A stretch of 64,000 bases of DNA from Candidatus Delongbacteria bacterium (GCA_963663545.1 OY760505.1:1600001-1664000), one strand, 5' to 3'; counted from the first letter of the stretch, positions 38,891 to 47,764 are shown. Program-made: numbers and translations. Notes: generated by a model not told the origin, from the letters alone.

Positions 38891-39772
38891 CTAGAGAGCT
38901 TCTGCGGCTCGCTTCTTCCAAGGCCAAATGTGCGGAATGACAACGTCTCCCACTCTGTTCACGAGAGGCAGCCAGGTAGACGGCTCGATGGCTCGCGGCA
39001 CCGAAGGTGGTTCGGGAACTGCGGGCACGGTCAACCATGTGGGAACTACCGGGGCGACTACCGGCGGTTTTAGCTCAGAGAAATCGCGATCTCCAAGCAC
39101 GGCGGTCAGGCTTTTCTCCTTGCGCGCACGCACCACCAGAAGTTCAACTTCATCGCCGGGTTTGTAGCGTCGAATCAAGCGGCTCAGACGGCCTGAACTT
39201 TCAACATCGTGCCCCTCGATTTGCACCAACACATCGCCGACCATCAGTCCGGCTCGATCAGCGGGGGAATCCTCAACAACATTATCGATGAGGACGCCAA
39301 CGCCCTGATCGACACCGAAGTACTCGAGCAGGTTGTCATTGATACCGGTCACGCTGATGCCAAGAAAAGCCCGACCAGAGGTGCTGACCACCGTGGGCGT
39401 CTGGCTGCTGGTCTCGATTTCGCGAGTTGGCGGTTCGGCAAGCGTGATTCTGTGTTTGCGCGTTTGGCCGTCGCGGCTGACGATGACGTCAATTTCGTCT
39501 CCGGGGTCGAAACGACGCAAGAAGAAGCTGAGATCGTCCAAGTCAGCGACGGGCTTCCCGTCCAGTTCAACCAGGACGTCGCCCGAGTGAATTCCGCCCT
39601 TCTCGGCGGGTCCGCCCTCGACGACGCGCTTGATGAGCAAGCCTTCGCCTTGGAATCCTGAAGCTTTCAGCGCCGCACCATCGCCCGGAATGATACCCAG
39701 AAAAACCTTGGGACCCGCAAACGCGGGTACCATCAGAACCAGGGTGAATAGGATGCGCAGCAAGGTCAACAT
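38891..39772 (-). CDS. Exported tandem-PDZ-domain protein
   Basis: Signal peptide; two PDZ domains (FLGI...GPAEKGG..GD; FLGI...SPADRAGL..GD); no protease domain. Confidence 0.88.
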   Translation of the reverse strand: MLTLLRILFTLVLMVPAFAGPKVFLGIIPGDGAALKASGFQGEGLLIKRVVEGGPAEKGGIHSGDVLVELDGKPVADLDDLSFFLRRFDPGDEIDVIVSRDGQTRKHRITLAEPPTREIETSSQTPTVVSTSGRAFLGISVTGINDNLLEYFGVDQGVGVLIDNVVEDSPADRAGLMVGDVLVQIEGHDVESSGRLSRLIRRYKPGDEVELLVVRARKEKSLTAVLGDRDFSELKPPVVAPVVPTWLTVPAVPEPPSVPRAIEPSTWLPLVNRVGDVVIPHIWPWKKRAAEAL

Positions 39773-39782
39773 GGTAGTTCTC

Positions 39783-41183
39783 CTACAGGAAAAGGCGGTC
39801 TGTGACGCCTCCTCCAGCTTCAGGTTTCAGGGAAAACAAGGCATCGGCTGCTTGTCGGGCGCTGCGGACGGCTGCTTCCATGGAAAGCGGGACGCCCACG
39901 TCACACCACGCCCCGGCCAGCAACAGGCCTTTAATATGGGAAAGCGATGGGGCGCGGGAAAGCTCGAAGTCAGCGTCCTGTCGCCAAGTTGCGTGGCGTC
40001 TAATGATAGTGTGCAAATGTCGCGGAGCCGGTAAAGCAAGGCGTCGCATGCACTCTGCCACGGCTGCCGACAAGCGCGGCAAGTCTTCATGGGATAGTGC
40101 GCTTCCGGCTAGAATCGCTCGGCCGGGACCCGCAGGAAAAATCCATTGCAGCGGAGAATTACGAAAGCCGGTCAACCTGTTCTGCGCCTGCCAGCCGGGA
40201 GGCCCACTGTCTGGGCCAGAATCGAACACAAAGGGCGTACCCAGCGGCTTGTCATTCCATTCCACCAGCACATTGGCGATGTGATAGCCCCGTGAACGAC
40301 TACCGGCTGCGGGTAGGCGACCTTGGCTTTGCCAACATGCCATGCCGTGCAGCTCTTCAGGCGCGGCGGCCCAAACCACCAAATCGGCGCCTAGAAACTC
40401 ATCCTGACAAACGACTCCGCGCACCTGACCGCTTTGCACCACTACCTCTTGCACGCGCCTTCGGGTATGCACGTGCGCTCCTGCAACTTCCAGGGAACGG
40501 AGGAGTGGAAGCGTGATGAGCTCCTCCAGCAAAGAAGTTGCCAGTATTGACCTTGGTGCCCCAGGCGACGCGAACATCTGGAACAGCGAGGAGCGCCACA
40601 GACCCGCGTGTACGTGCTTGGGAGGCGCATTGAAAACGCCCAGCGTCCATTCGGAAAGAAAGGCCACCGTATCCGCATGGATAGCTGCCCTGGCCAGATA
40701 TTCAGCTGCAGATTCACGAGCTTCGGGTTTGCTCCTCAGCAGGGACCACAAATCCCGAAGGGCGCGCAGCTTGCCACCTCCGGTAGGAAGCGTGCCACGC
40801 GAAAATGACAACGCGCTCCCCATACAGCCGGAGACGCCAGTTGGCGGGAGATCCAGTCGCGCAACATCTGAAGTTCCAACTAGTTGATACGCTACAGGTA
40901 GCGTGTGCAAGAAGGCACCTTGCCCTAGCTGCTGTACCAGCTCGATTGTACTGGTACATGTGCCCAGTAGCAGGTGCAAACTATGATCCGCGCGACCAAG
41001 AGGGGTCTCCACCGCCAGCAAATCGCCACCAGCGACACGTCGTCGCTCGATGAGATGTACACAGTAACCCTTGCTGCTGAGCTCGCGTGCCACACAAAGA
41101 CCCGCCAACCCAGCACCGACGACTACTACGCGGGCAGGCCTGCCGCCAATTGTGGATACGAGGTTCAGCTCTAGCGTCGACAT
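39783..41183 (-). CDS. hpnE: Hydroxysqualene dehydroxylase HpnE-like FAD oxidoreductase
   Basis: GAGLAGL Rossmann motif, HLLLG, LLLAGAW...SMEAAVRS; follows hpnCD. Confidence 0.75.
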   Translation of the reverse strand: MSTLELNLVSTIGGRPARVVVVGAGLAGLCVARELSSKGYCVHLIERRRVAGGDLLAVETPLGRADHSLHLLLGTCTSTIELVQQLGQGAFLHTLPVAYQLVGTSDVARLDLPPTGVSGCMGSALSFSRGTLPTGGGKLRALRDLWSLLRSKPEARESAAEYLARAAIHADTVAFLSEWTLGVFNAPPKHVHAGLWRSSLFQMFASPGAPRSILATSLLEELITLPLLRSLEVAGAHVHTRRRVQEVVVQSGQVRGVVCQDEFLGADLVVWAAAPEELHGMACWQSQGRLPAAGSRSRGYHIANVLVEWNDKPLGTPFVFDSGPDSGPPGWQAQNRLTGFRNSPLQWIFPAGPGRAILAGSALSHEDLPRLSAAVAECMRRLALPAPRHLHTIIRRHATWRQDADFELSRAPSLSHIKGLLLAGAWCDVGVPLSMEAAVRSARQAADALFSLKPEAGGGVTDRLFL

Positions 41184-42049
41184 CGCCAGAATCCGCGAAT
41201 CATGAAAAACAGCTTCTGTAGGGACGAAAGGCTGGGGCGACTGCTGAAAACATCGTAGTCGCGGCGCTTGATTTCCGCCAACAAAGGGTAATAGACTTCG
41301 CCAATCAAACGTGCAAGTCGCAGTCGACGGCGATCTTCAGGGCCGAGAAGCTGGTCTGCACGACGATAATGGTCCTCGGCACGATTGGCCAGTTCGCGAA
41401 GAGCTGCGCGATGTGCCGCAGTGGCATGATCGGTGGCAAGATTGGCTCTGGTGAGCCCATGCATATCCAGCAATTGTTGCGGAAGATAGACTCGCCCCTC
41501 CAGGGCGTCCTCGCGAACATCCCGGAGAATATTGATCATCTGCAGCGCAAGTCCCAATTCACGTGCATACTTACGCGCCAATTTACCTTGGCAGCCCAGG
41601 ATTTCAATCACCATCAAGCCCACTACGCCAGCCACATGCCAGCAGTAGTCGTCCAGCTCGGACCAGTCGCGATACCGGCGCTGGTTCAGGTCCATTTGCA
41701 TGCCGCGCAGAAGATCATAGAAAGGGGTGGCATCCAGATGGAAACTCTCGATGGCATTGACCAAAGCCGCAGACCAAGGAGCAGCAGGATCGGGATTGGC
41801 ACTCTCAATGATACGATCCAGGGTGGCACGCACGCGATCCAAATTGGCAGCGCGTTCTTTAACCGGACCCTCGTCTACCGCCTGATCTGCGACCTGACAG
41901 AAAGCATAAACCGCCTCCATCGCCTGTCGCTGCGGCCGAGGCATCAGAGAAAAGGCCAGCGAGAAATGCTTGGCGTGCTGCCGTGAGAATCGGTGGCACC
42001 ACTCCTGCGACGAGGCAAGACCAAATGAAGTGTAGGTCTCGGCTTGCAT
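41171..42049 (-). CDS. hpnD: Presqualene diphosphate synthase HpnD (squalene/phytoene synthase family)
   Basis: AVYAFCQVADQAVD, GMQMDL, YCWHVAGVVG, ALQMINILRDVRED..GRVYLP. Confidence 0.85.
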   Translation of the reverse strand: MQAETYTSFGLASSQEWCHRFSRQHAKHFSLAFSLMPRPQRQAMEAVYAFCQVADQAVDEGPVKERAANLDRVRATLDRIIESANPDPAAPWSAALVNAIESFHLDATPFYDLLRGMQMDLNQRRYRDWSELDDYCWHVAGVVGLMVIEILGCQGKLARKYARELGLALQMINILRDVREDALEGRVYLPQQLLDMHGLTRANLATDHATAAHRAALRELANRAEDHYRRADQLLGPEDRRRLRLARLIGEVYYPLLAEIKRRDYDVFSSRPSLSSLQKLFFMIRGFWRCRR

Positions 42050-42051
42050 CC

Positions 42052-43038
42052 TCAGGGTCTCCTGGAAACCGGCGCCAGCAGGCTACCCGCCGAGAAGAGC
42101 GCGATGCGCAGCTTCCGACCGCCTCCCACATGGGGACGCTGCTTCAACACCTTATGTCCAAGGCCCTCGACGGCGTCCAGAATGGCATCTCCTCCACCGA
42201 TGAACAAGCTGACTTCAAAGCGTGCGCGTCTCGGTAGCAAGGGTAGCAGTCGATCGCCCGAGCGCAGCATCTGACGGCTCCAGGCGCAAAGCTCCTTTAG
42301 CAGCGGATCAAAGCGCTCGCCGGATTTGAGGATGTTGCGCGGTAGCGAAGAAAGCTGATGACGCTTCAGCCGGTTGCGCGGAATATAGCAGCGCCCTTCC
42401 GTCAGATCGCGGGAAAGATCCTGCCAGAAGTTGGCCAATTGCAACGCGCTGCAAACGTCGTCGGAATACATGGCGGCACGCGCCCAGCGATGATCGCCTG
42501 GCCGAATACCGAATAGCTGCAACATGATACGGCCAACAGGATCGGCACTGCGGCAACAATAGTCCAGCAGCTGCACATCGCTTTCGTAGCGCAACCGCCA
42601 TTGATCCTGGCGAAAGGCTGAGATCAGATCCAGGAAGGGCTGCAATTCCAGGCTTTCGCGTTCCAGGGCCTCGTGCAGGGCGAGCAGTATTGGATGAGCA
42701 TGCTTGTGCTGTGCCAAATCGGCACTAAGGGTGCGCCAATGATCCAGTCGTGCCACGCGCACTTGCGGAAGACTCCAGCCGTTGGGAATCAGCGGCGGCA
42801 CCTCATCGCCCAGATCGTCGGCAAAGCGGGCGTAGGCGTACACGGCCTCCAACGAGGGGCGCTGTTGGCGAGGAAACAAGTGGCTGCCCACGGTGAAGTT
42901 CTCGTAGTGGCCACACAACGACTGGCAGAAGGCTTGCGCCTCCTCAGAGCTACCGCAGCCCGGTTCAAGATCCGCGAGTACCGCCCGTAGACCCGCTGGG
43001 TCCTGAGGTGGCTGGATGCTGATGGAATGTTCGGCCAT
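42052..43038 (-). CDS. hpnC: Hydroxysqualene synthase HpnC
   Basis: HYENFTVGS, YAYARFADDLGDE, AFRQDQ, YCCRSADPVGR, LQLANFWQD. Start ATG 43038 or 43065. Confidence 0.9.
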   Translation of the reverse strand: MAEHSISIQPPQDPAGLRAVLADLEPGCGSSEEAQAFCQSLCGHYENFTVGSHLFPRQQRPSLEAVYAYARFADDLGDEVPPLIPNGWSLPQVRVARLDHWRTLSADLAQHKHAHPILLALHEALERESLELQPFLDLISAFRQDQWRLRYESDVQLLDYCCRSADPVGRIMLQLFGIRPGDHRWARAAMYSDDVCSALQLANFWQDLSRDLTEGRCYIPRNRLKRHQLSSLPRNILKSGERFDPLLKELCAWSRQMLRSGDRLLPLLPRRARFEVSLFIGGGDAILDAVEGLGHKVLKQRPHVGGGRKLRIALFSAGSLLAPVSRRP

Positions 43039-43079
43039 GCCGCAAGATAAGGAATGGGGCCCCAAAGGGCCCCTGATGC

Positions 43080-43283
43080 TCAGAACATGTCGATGGGAGT
43101 GTTGACGTGCAAGTTACCCGTTGACTGGATGTTGTTTTCGAGGATCTGCGAGCCAATCCGGTTGGCTTCGCGGCATACCTTCACAAAACAGGTCCAGTGG
43201 TACTCGCCCTCCAATCCATGTTGCACGCTGTGGTACTTCGTGTCTTTGTCCTTGATCGGTTTTCCGCAATGCTTGCAGGTCAT
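43080..43283 (-). CDS. Small CxxC...HxxC putative zinc-finger protein (67 aa)
   Basis: MTCKHCGKPI...YHWTC; GAGG RBS upstream; co-oriented just ahead of hpnC. Confidence 0.65.
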   Translation of the reverse strand: MTCKHCGKPIKDKDTKYHSVQHGLEGEYHWTCFVKVCREANRIGSQILENNIQSTGNLHVNTPIDMF

Positions 43284-43538
43284 GCAATTGCCTCAATCTT
43301 TTTCACGATCTGCTGTCAAGTCCGTCAGAGACGCCTTAAAGCGTTCTGCCATCCGGGGCAGAGAGTTGATTGCCCCTTCAGAATTTGGAGGCTGAACGAT
43401 ACTACCTCGCGCCCAATGACGCAAGTCCTCACGGTCGATATCCACCACTTTTTCTTTGCCGTTATCTAACATAAAATCAACGACATCCACGATTCAACCC
43501 AAAATCGCTGCTTTAGAGCTTCAAGAAATTGTGCAATT

Positions 43539-43572
43539 ATTTGTTAGCAACAAGTGTTGCACGCTAACAAAT
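43539..43572. promoter_or_regulatory. Inverted repeat, candidate operator
   Basis: ATTTGTTAGC-N14-GCTAACAAAT perfect 10-bp arms in the AT-rich divergent intergenic region. Confidence 0.5.
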
Positions 43573-43639
43573 GTGCTCCCCATCACTCCAATCCGGTGCT
43601 CCGGCGCAAGATTCTGGGGAGCTCTGGGTACTATTCTAT

Positions 43640-43753
43640 GCCTGCCATGCAACAGGGTTGCCGTGCACCTTGACATGGATTCCTCTGTCGTCCTCCGGGA
43701 TGACATTTGGGGGCAGGGGCCCGGGGGGAGAACCTGCCCCCTTTTTTGTTTTT
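43640..43753 (+). ncRNA. Candidate ~110-nt small RNA
   Basis: Hairpin TGTCGTCC-TCCG-GGATGACA followed by a terminator, with no credible + strand CDS upstream. 5' end is a guess from TACTAT at ~43629. Confidence 0.4.
43709..43753 (+). terminator. Intrinsic terminator
   Basis: GGGGGCAGG (43709-17) / CCTGCCCCC (43733-41) stem followed by TTTTTTGTTTTT. Confidence 0.85.
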
Positions 43754-43769
43754 GGCCGAGACTACCTGT

Positions 43770-44630
43770 GCGATTTTTCCTCCCGCAGAGGGAAACTCCG
43801 GCATTGTATCACATAAGCCGAAGGAATCGTAGGCTTCAGCCCATCAGCCACCAGCACCAGCAGCGATACCGAGCGAGTACTCGTGCGGCTGAGGAAGGGT
43901 CAAAGGGGCTGGACCGCGTGATGCTGCTCACCTCTTTCCCTTGGCATACAGCACAAATGAAGCCTTGCGCCTTCGTCACTTTGTCTCCCGTCGAAGGCGC
44001 ACGTGGTAAACAACGGTCGCGGCTTTTCCGTCACACGACCAGCGTTGGCCTTTCGCCTGAGGGATCCTTGACAGCGCGTGCTGACTGGGCCGAGGAAATG
44101 GAATGGCCGGCGAACTGTTCACGTGACTACGGCCCTGGGATCATGCCCGATTGGCTCCCATGTCCATCAGTTGGTGCGGATAGCTCTCGCGAGATATCCG
44201 GACGGGCTTCTCCCAATGGAGCCCGTGCGCGCTACTTTGACAGAAACGCAGACGCTGTCACGGCAAAGTGCCGTCGTCTGCTTTGAAATGGTCGCCGAAT
44301 CGAGTGCGCAACATCACACGAGGCACGCGACCAGGCGCACCTTCGGGGGCGCAGAAGAGTGTTTCTTTTCTATCGAAAGGTGACACGACCCCACCGGGTC
44401 GCTGGCGCCAGGGCCACCAGCCCCTTTGCGGACACCTGCCTGGTCCGCACGCCGAAATAGCGGTTTTCGTGCGTAAAGGGATGAGAGTACTGCTGGCCAA
44501 GGTCTACCTCGCGTGCGGGGTGCGGTCAGGGGTTGACCGTGAGACAGGGAGGAGATCCCGATCACTCACACGGAACGGAGTTCCGTAAAGGGAACGGTGC
44601 TGGGGGAGGCCGTTCCCTTTTCTTTTCTCT
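43770..44630 (+). ncRNA. Candidate large structured non-coding RNA (up to ~850 nt)
   Basis: More than 10 consecutive or nested stems, a cUUCGg tetraloop on the + strand and a terminal terminator; no credible protein. 5' end unknown. Confidence 0.5.
44587..44630 (+). terminator. Intrinsic terminator
   Basis: Perfect 11-bp stem AAAGGGAACGG / CCGTTCCCTTT followed by TCTTTTCTCT. Confidence 0.85.
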
Positions 44631-44831
44631 CCATCAACGCGCATCCGATGATCCACCAAGACGAGTTGCGCCTCATTCCCAGCTTGCCAGTCCGTAACAG
44701 AAATGCAACACTCGGGAAGGCGCATTTGCCCTGTATGCGTCCTCCCCCTGCAATCGGTGCTCCGCACCACTCCCCGCGACGAAGGACAGGGGAAGTGTCC
44801 TGCGCAAAGTGATTTGTTCCGAGGTATACCA

Positions 44832-47201
44832 ATGCGACAAGTGCTCCCGCTCCTCTTCGTCCTCGCCCTTGCGACCGGCGGCTTGGCTACTCTTAGGCCG
44901 CCAGCGCACCCGCTCTTCGACAGCGACACGGTTCACGTGATCCATCTGAGTTTCGACCAGCCCGACTGGTGGGAGCAGCTAACAGACAACTATGAAAGCT
45001 ACGAGGATCCCCCCTACCTGGCCGCCACCTTCGCGTGGGAAAGCAGCGTGCTGGATTCCATCGGCGTGCGCTTCAAAGGAAACAGCAGCTATTCGGCGGA
45101 AATGGGGCTGAAAAAGTCCTTCAAGCTCGACTTGAACGAGTTCATCAGCGGGCAGGAGCTCTTCGGCATGGACAAGCTGAATCTGAACAACTGCTTCCTG
45201 GACCCGAGCTATGTGCGAGAGAAATGCGCCTACGAAATAGCAGGCACCATGGGCGTGCCCACCATGCGCACGAACTACGCCGCTCTTTACATCAATGACG
45301 AATACTGGGGACTCTATCTGCTTGTGGAACAATACGACCAGGAATTCATCGAAAGCCGCTTCGGTTCAGGCGAAGAGGGCAATCTGTGGAAAGGTGAACC
45401 CCACGGCAGCATGGAATACCTGGGCGACACGGCGGACTTGTACTACGAAAGCTACGAGCTGAAGACCAATGAGGAGGAGAATGATTGGTCGGCGCTCGTG
45501 GATCTCGTGGATGCCATCAACAACACACCGACGACCAGTCTGCGTGATACATTGCATGAGCGCGTCGACATCAATTCGGCAATGGCCATGCTCGCCTTCG
45601 ACAATCTACTGGTCAACCTGGACAGTTACATCGGCCGCTGCGCCAACTACTATTTCTACCATCGCGATGTGGACAGTCGCATGGTCTTCAGCAAATGGGA
45701 TCTGAACGAGGCCTGGGGCGTCTTCAATATGAACATGAGCCTGATTCAACTCATGCACTTGCCCCACCACTACGCCAACACGCAACCGCGCCCGTTGGCA
45801 ACACAGTTGTGGCAGGTGGCCGGCTACGACAGCCTTTACATGGCGCACTTGCGGCGACTGATGGGAGGTGCTGCGCATCCCGACACCGTGCTGCCGCGCA
45901 TGGAAGAGTTGCGCGAACTCATTCGGCCCTGGGCCATCAGCGATCCCAACTCGCCCTTCGGTGCCGACGATTTTGAGGCCGCGCTCGATTCCGACGTCGT
46001 TACCGGCGATCCGGGACATCCGGGCCGCGTGATCCCCGGCCTGCGCAACTTCATCACTGTGCGGCACAACTGGCTTTCTACGCTGATCGGCACATGGACG
46101 CCGCCACAGGGTCTTGTGCTGAACGAGCTGATGGCAGGTAACGCATCAAGCTTTGCCGACGAGGCTGGCGAGTATGACGACTGGATCGAGATTCTCAACG
46201 CCAGCGATAGCCCGATTTCCCTCTCCGGCTTGGGCCTGACGGATCATCTGGAAGGCTTTGACGACTACCTCTTTCCCGACACCGTGCTGGCTGCCGGTGC
46301 ACGTCTGATTGTCTGGGCGGACGAGGATCCCGAACAGGGTGCGCTGCACGCGGACTTCAAGCTGGACGCCGATGGCGAAGAGGTGTATCTGGTGCAGGGC
46401 GCTGCGCTCGTCGACTACGCCTGTTTCCACTCGCTTGGCGACAATGTCGCCTGGGGACGCTGGCCCGACGGGGGTGGTGAGTGGCAGCAAATGACACAGG
46501 CCACGCCTGGTGCGGAGAACGACAGCAGTAGCGCACCGGCGAGCACCATTCTCTTCCTCAACGAATTCCTGGCCTCCAACAACAACGGACTCACCGACGA
46601 GACCGGCACCGCTGAGGACTGGGCGGAGATCTTCAATCCCGGTCCGGCTGCGGTACAGATGGGCGGCCTGTACCTGACGGACGATAACGATGAACCCACC
46701 CAGTGGATGTTTCCAGACACGCTGCTGGCCGCTGGCGGCTTTCTGCTGGTCTGGTGCGACGACGACACGGGCGACGGTCCGCTGCACACGACCTTCAAGC
46801 TGAGTGCCGATGGCGAGGCGATTGCCCTTTTCGGCCGACTTGAATCGGGCAATGAGCTCATTGATGGTCGCAGCTTTGGTCCTCAGCAGACTGATGTTTC
46901 GGAAGGTCGGCGTCTGGATGGCCTGGACGAATGGGTCAGCTTCGCAGAGCCCACGCCGGGAGCCAGCAACGGCGGCCTGCTGGTTGAGGATCTGTGTATT
47001 CAGGTGGAGAGCGCTGTAATACAACTCAGCTGGAACGAGTCGGCGTCCGGCTGCAGCTATCGTGTATACTGCAGCGATTCACCCTACGCCGCTTTTCCGC
47101 AAGGCTGGATACTGTGCGCCGACGGCCTAAGCGAGACAAGCTGGCAGACAACGGCAGTGGCAGACCTGCGCGTCTACGTTGTAACCGCGCTTCTACCCTG
47201 A
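44832..47201 (+). CDS. Secreted CotH-family kinase with two lamin-tail domains
   Basis: Signal peptide from ATG 44832 (GAGG RBS); GVRFKGNSS, KKSFKLD, REK..Y, GLYLLVE, NLDSY, WDLNEAWG; two (L)NE..A.N...DW.EI.N LTD units. Confidence 0.9.
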   Translation: MRQVLPLLFVLALATGGLATLRPPAHPLFDSDTVHVIHLSFDQPDWWEQLTDNYESYEDPPYLAATFAWESSVLDSIGVRFKGNSSYSAEMGLKKSFKLDLNEFISGQELFGMDKLNLNNCFLDPSYVREKCAYEIAGTMGVPTMRTNYAALYINDEYWGLYLLVEQYDQEFIESRFGSGEEGNLWKGEPHGSMEYLGDTADLYYESYELKTNEEENDWSALVDLVDAINNTPTTSLRDTLHERVDINSAMAMLAFDNLLVNLDSYIGRCANYYFYHRDVDSRMVFSKWDLNEAWGVFNMNMSLIQLMHLPHHYANTQPRPLATQLWQVAGYDSLYMAHLRRLMGGAAHPDTVLPRMEELRELIRPWAISDPNSPFGADDFEAALDSDVVTGDPGHPGRVIPGLRNFITVRHNWLSTLIGTWTPPQGLVLNELMAGNASSFADEAGEYDDWIEILNASDSPISLSGLGLTDHLEGFDDYLFPDTVLAAGARLIVWADEDPEQGALHADFKLDADGEEVYLVQGAALVDYACFHSLGDNVAWGRWPDGGGEWQQMTQATPGAENDSSSAPASTILFLNEFLASNNNGLTDETGTAEDWAEIFNPGPAAVQMGGLYLTDDNDEPTQWMFPDTLLAAGGFLLVWCDDDTGDGPLHTTFKLSADGEAIALFGRLESGNELIDGRSFGPQQTDVSEGRRLDGLDEWVSFAEPTPGASNGGLLVEDLCIQVESAVIQLSWNESASGCSYRVYCSDSPYAAFPQGWILCADGLSETSWQTTAVADLRVYVVTALLP

Positions 47202-47280
47202 CGGAGGCCAGCGAGAGCGCCACGAAGGAGCACGCGCTCACCAAAGGAAGTCCTGGCGGTTTGGATATCACGCCAGCAAC

Positions 47281-47311
47281 GGTCGCCCCGACGAGTGGGT
47301 GGCCTTTCTTC
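47281..47311 (+). terminator. Probable terminator after the CotH gene
   Basis: GGTCGCCC-N8-GGGTGGCC followed by TTTCTT. Confidence 0.5.
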
Positions 47312-47428
47312 TGCGGACTCGCTCGCTCGTAATGGAAGGTCGGCTGTGATACAAAGGGAACAACTGGCTAGTGCATCTGTGTCACGGAGTGTGCGTGTGA
47401 GCTTCAGCTTGCTATATTGTGCGCCATC

Positions 47429-47502
47429 GGGCCCATAGCTCAGTTGGTTAGAGCAGGTGACTCATAATCACTTTGTCGGGGGTTCAAGTCCCTCTGGGCC
47501 TA
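47429..47502 (+). tRNA. tRNA with CAT anticodon, most likely tRNA-Ile2 (lysidine type); CCA not encoded
   Basis: Full cloverleaf: GGGCCCA/TGGGCCT acceptor, GCTC/GAGC D-stem, GGTGA-CTCATAA-TCACT anticodon arm, GGGGG-TTCAAGT-CCCTC T-arm. Lacks initiator features and resembles ileX-type tRNAs. Confidence 0.93.
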
Positions 47503-47718
47503 TTTGTTTTCACAGCACTTACCTAAGAATCAGCGCTCAAACTTTGGTGCATTTGATTGCATTTTGTGCCTGATTCGCTCAATTTTGTGTCCGATACGTG
47601 CCCAAATATGACGCCCCGCCGATGCCACTGACGGGGCGCCTGATGAGTTGCACGGTGACAGAACTGACTGCCACCGGAGACAGGATAGGCGGGGGGTGAG
47701 ACATCATCCGCCAGAAAC

Positions 47719-47742
47719 AGAAAACCCCGCCGAAGCGGGGCT
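47719..47742 (-). terminator. Intrinsic terminator ending the phage late operon
   Basis: Minus strand AGCCCCGC-TTCG-GCGGGGTTTTCT. Confidence 0.85.
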
Positions 47743-47764
47743 CATGTTCAGGCTGAGGTGAACA

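Noticed and set aside
43293..43490. 65-aa minus-strand ORF upstream of the zinc-finger gene
   Set aside because: No clear RBS or motif; it cannot be supported from sequence alone.
44238..44285. c-di-GMP-I riboswitch suggested by GGCAAA
   Set aside because: Lacks the GGCAAAC...GAAA...GACGCAAAG architecture; GGCAAA sits in a simple hairpin.
43456..44286. 276-aa + strand ORF across the intergenic region
   Set aside because: No RBS or recognisable motif, atypical composition, and it runs through a strong intrinsic terminator at 43709-43753.
43770..44630. RNase P, tmRNA, SRP, cobalamin riboswitch or group II intron identity
   Set aside because: The diagnostic sequences (GAGGAAAGUCC, tRNA-like ends with a tag ORF, the SRP loop, the B12 box, domain V) were not found on either strand by eye.
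47429..47502. Calling the CAT tRNA initiator or elongator tRNA-Met
   Set aside because: No C1-A72 mismatch and no GGG/CCC anticodon stem, so it is not the initiator. Overall it resembles Ile2, though elongator Met is not fully excluded without a covariance model.
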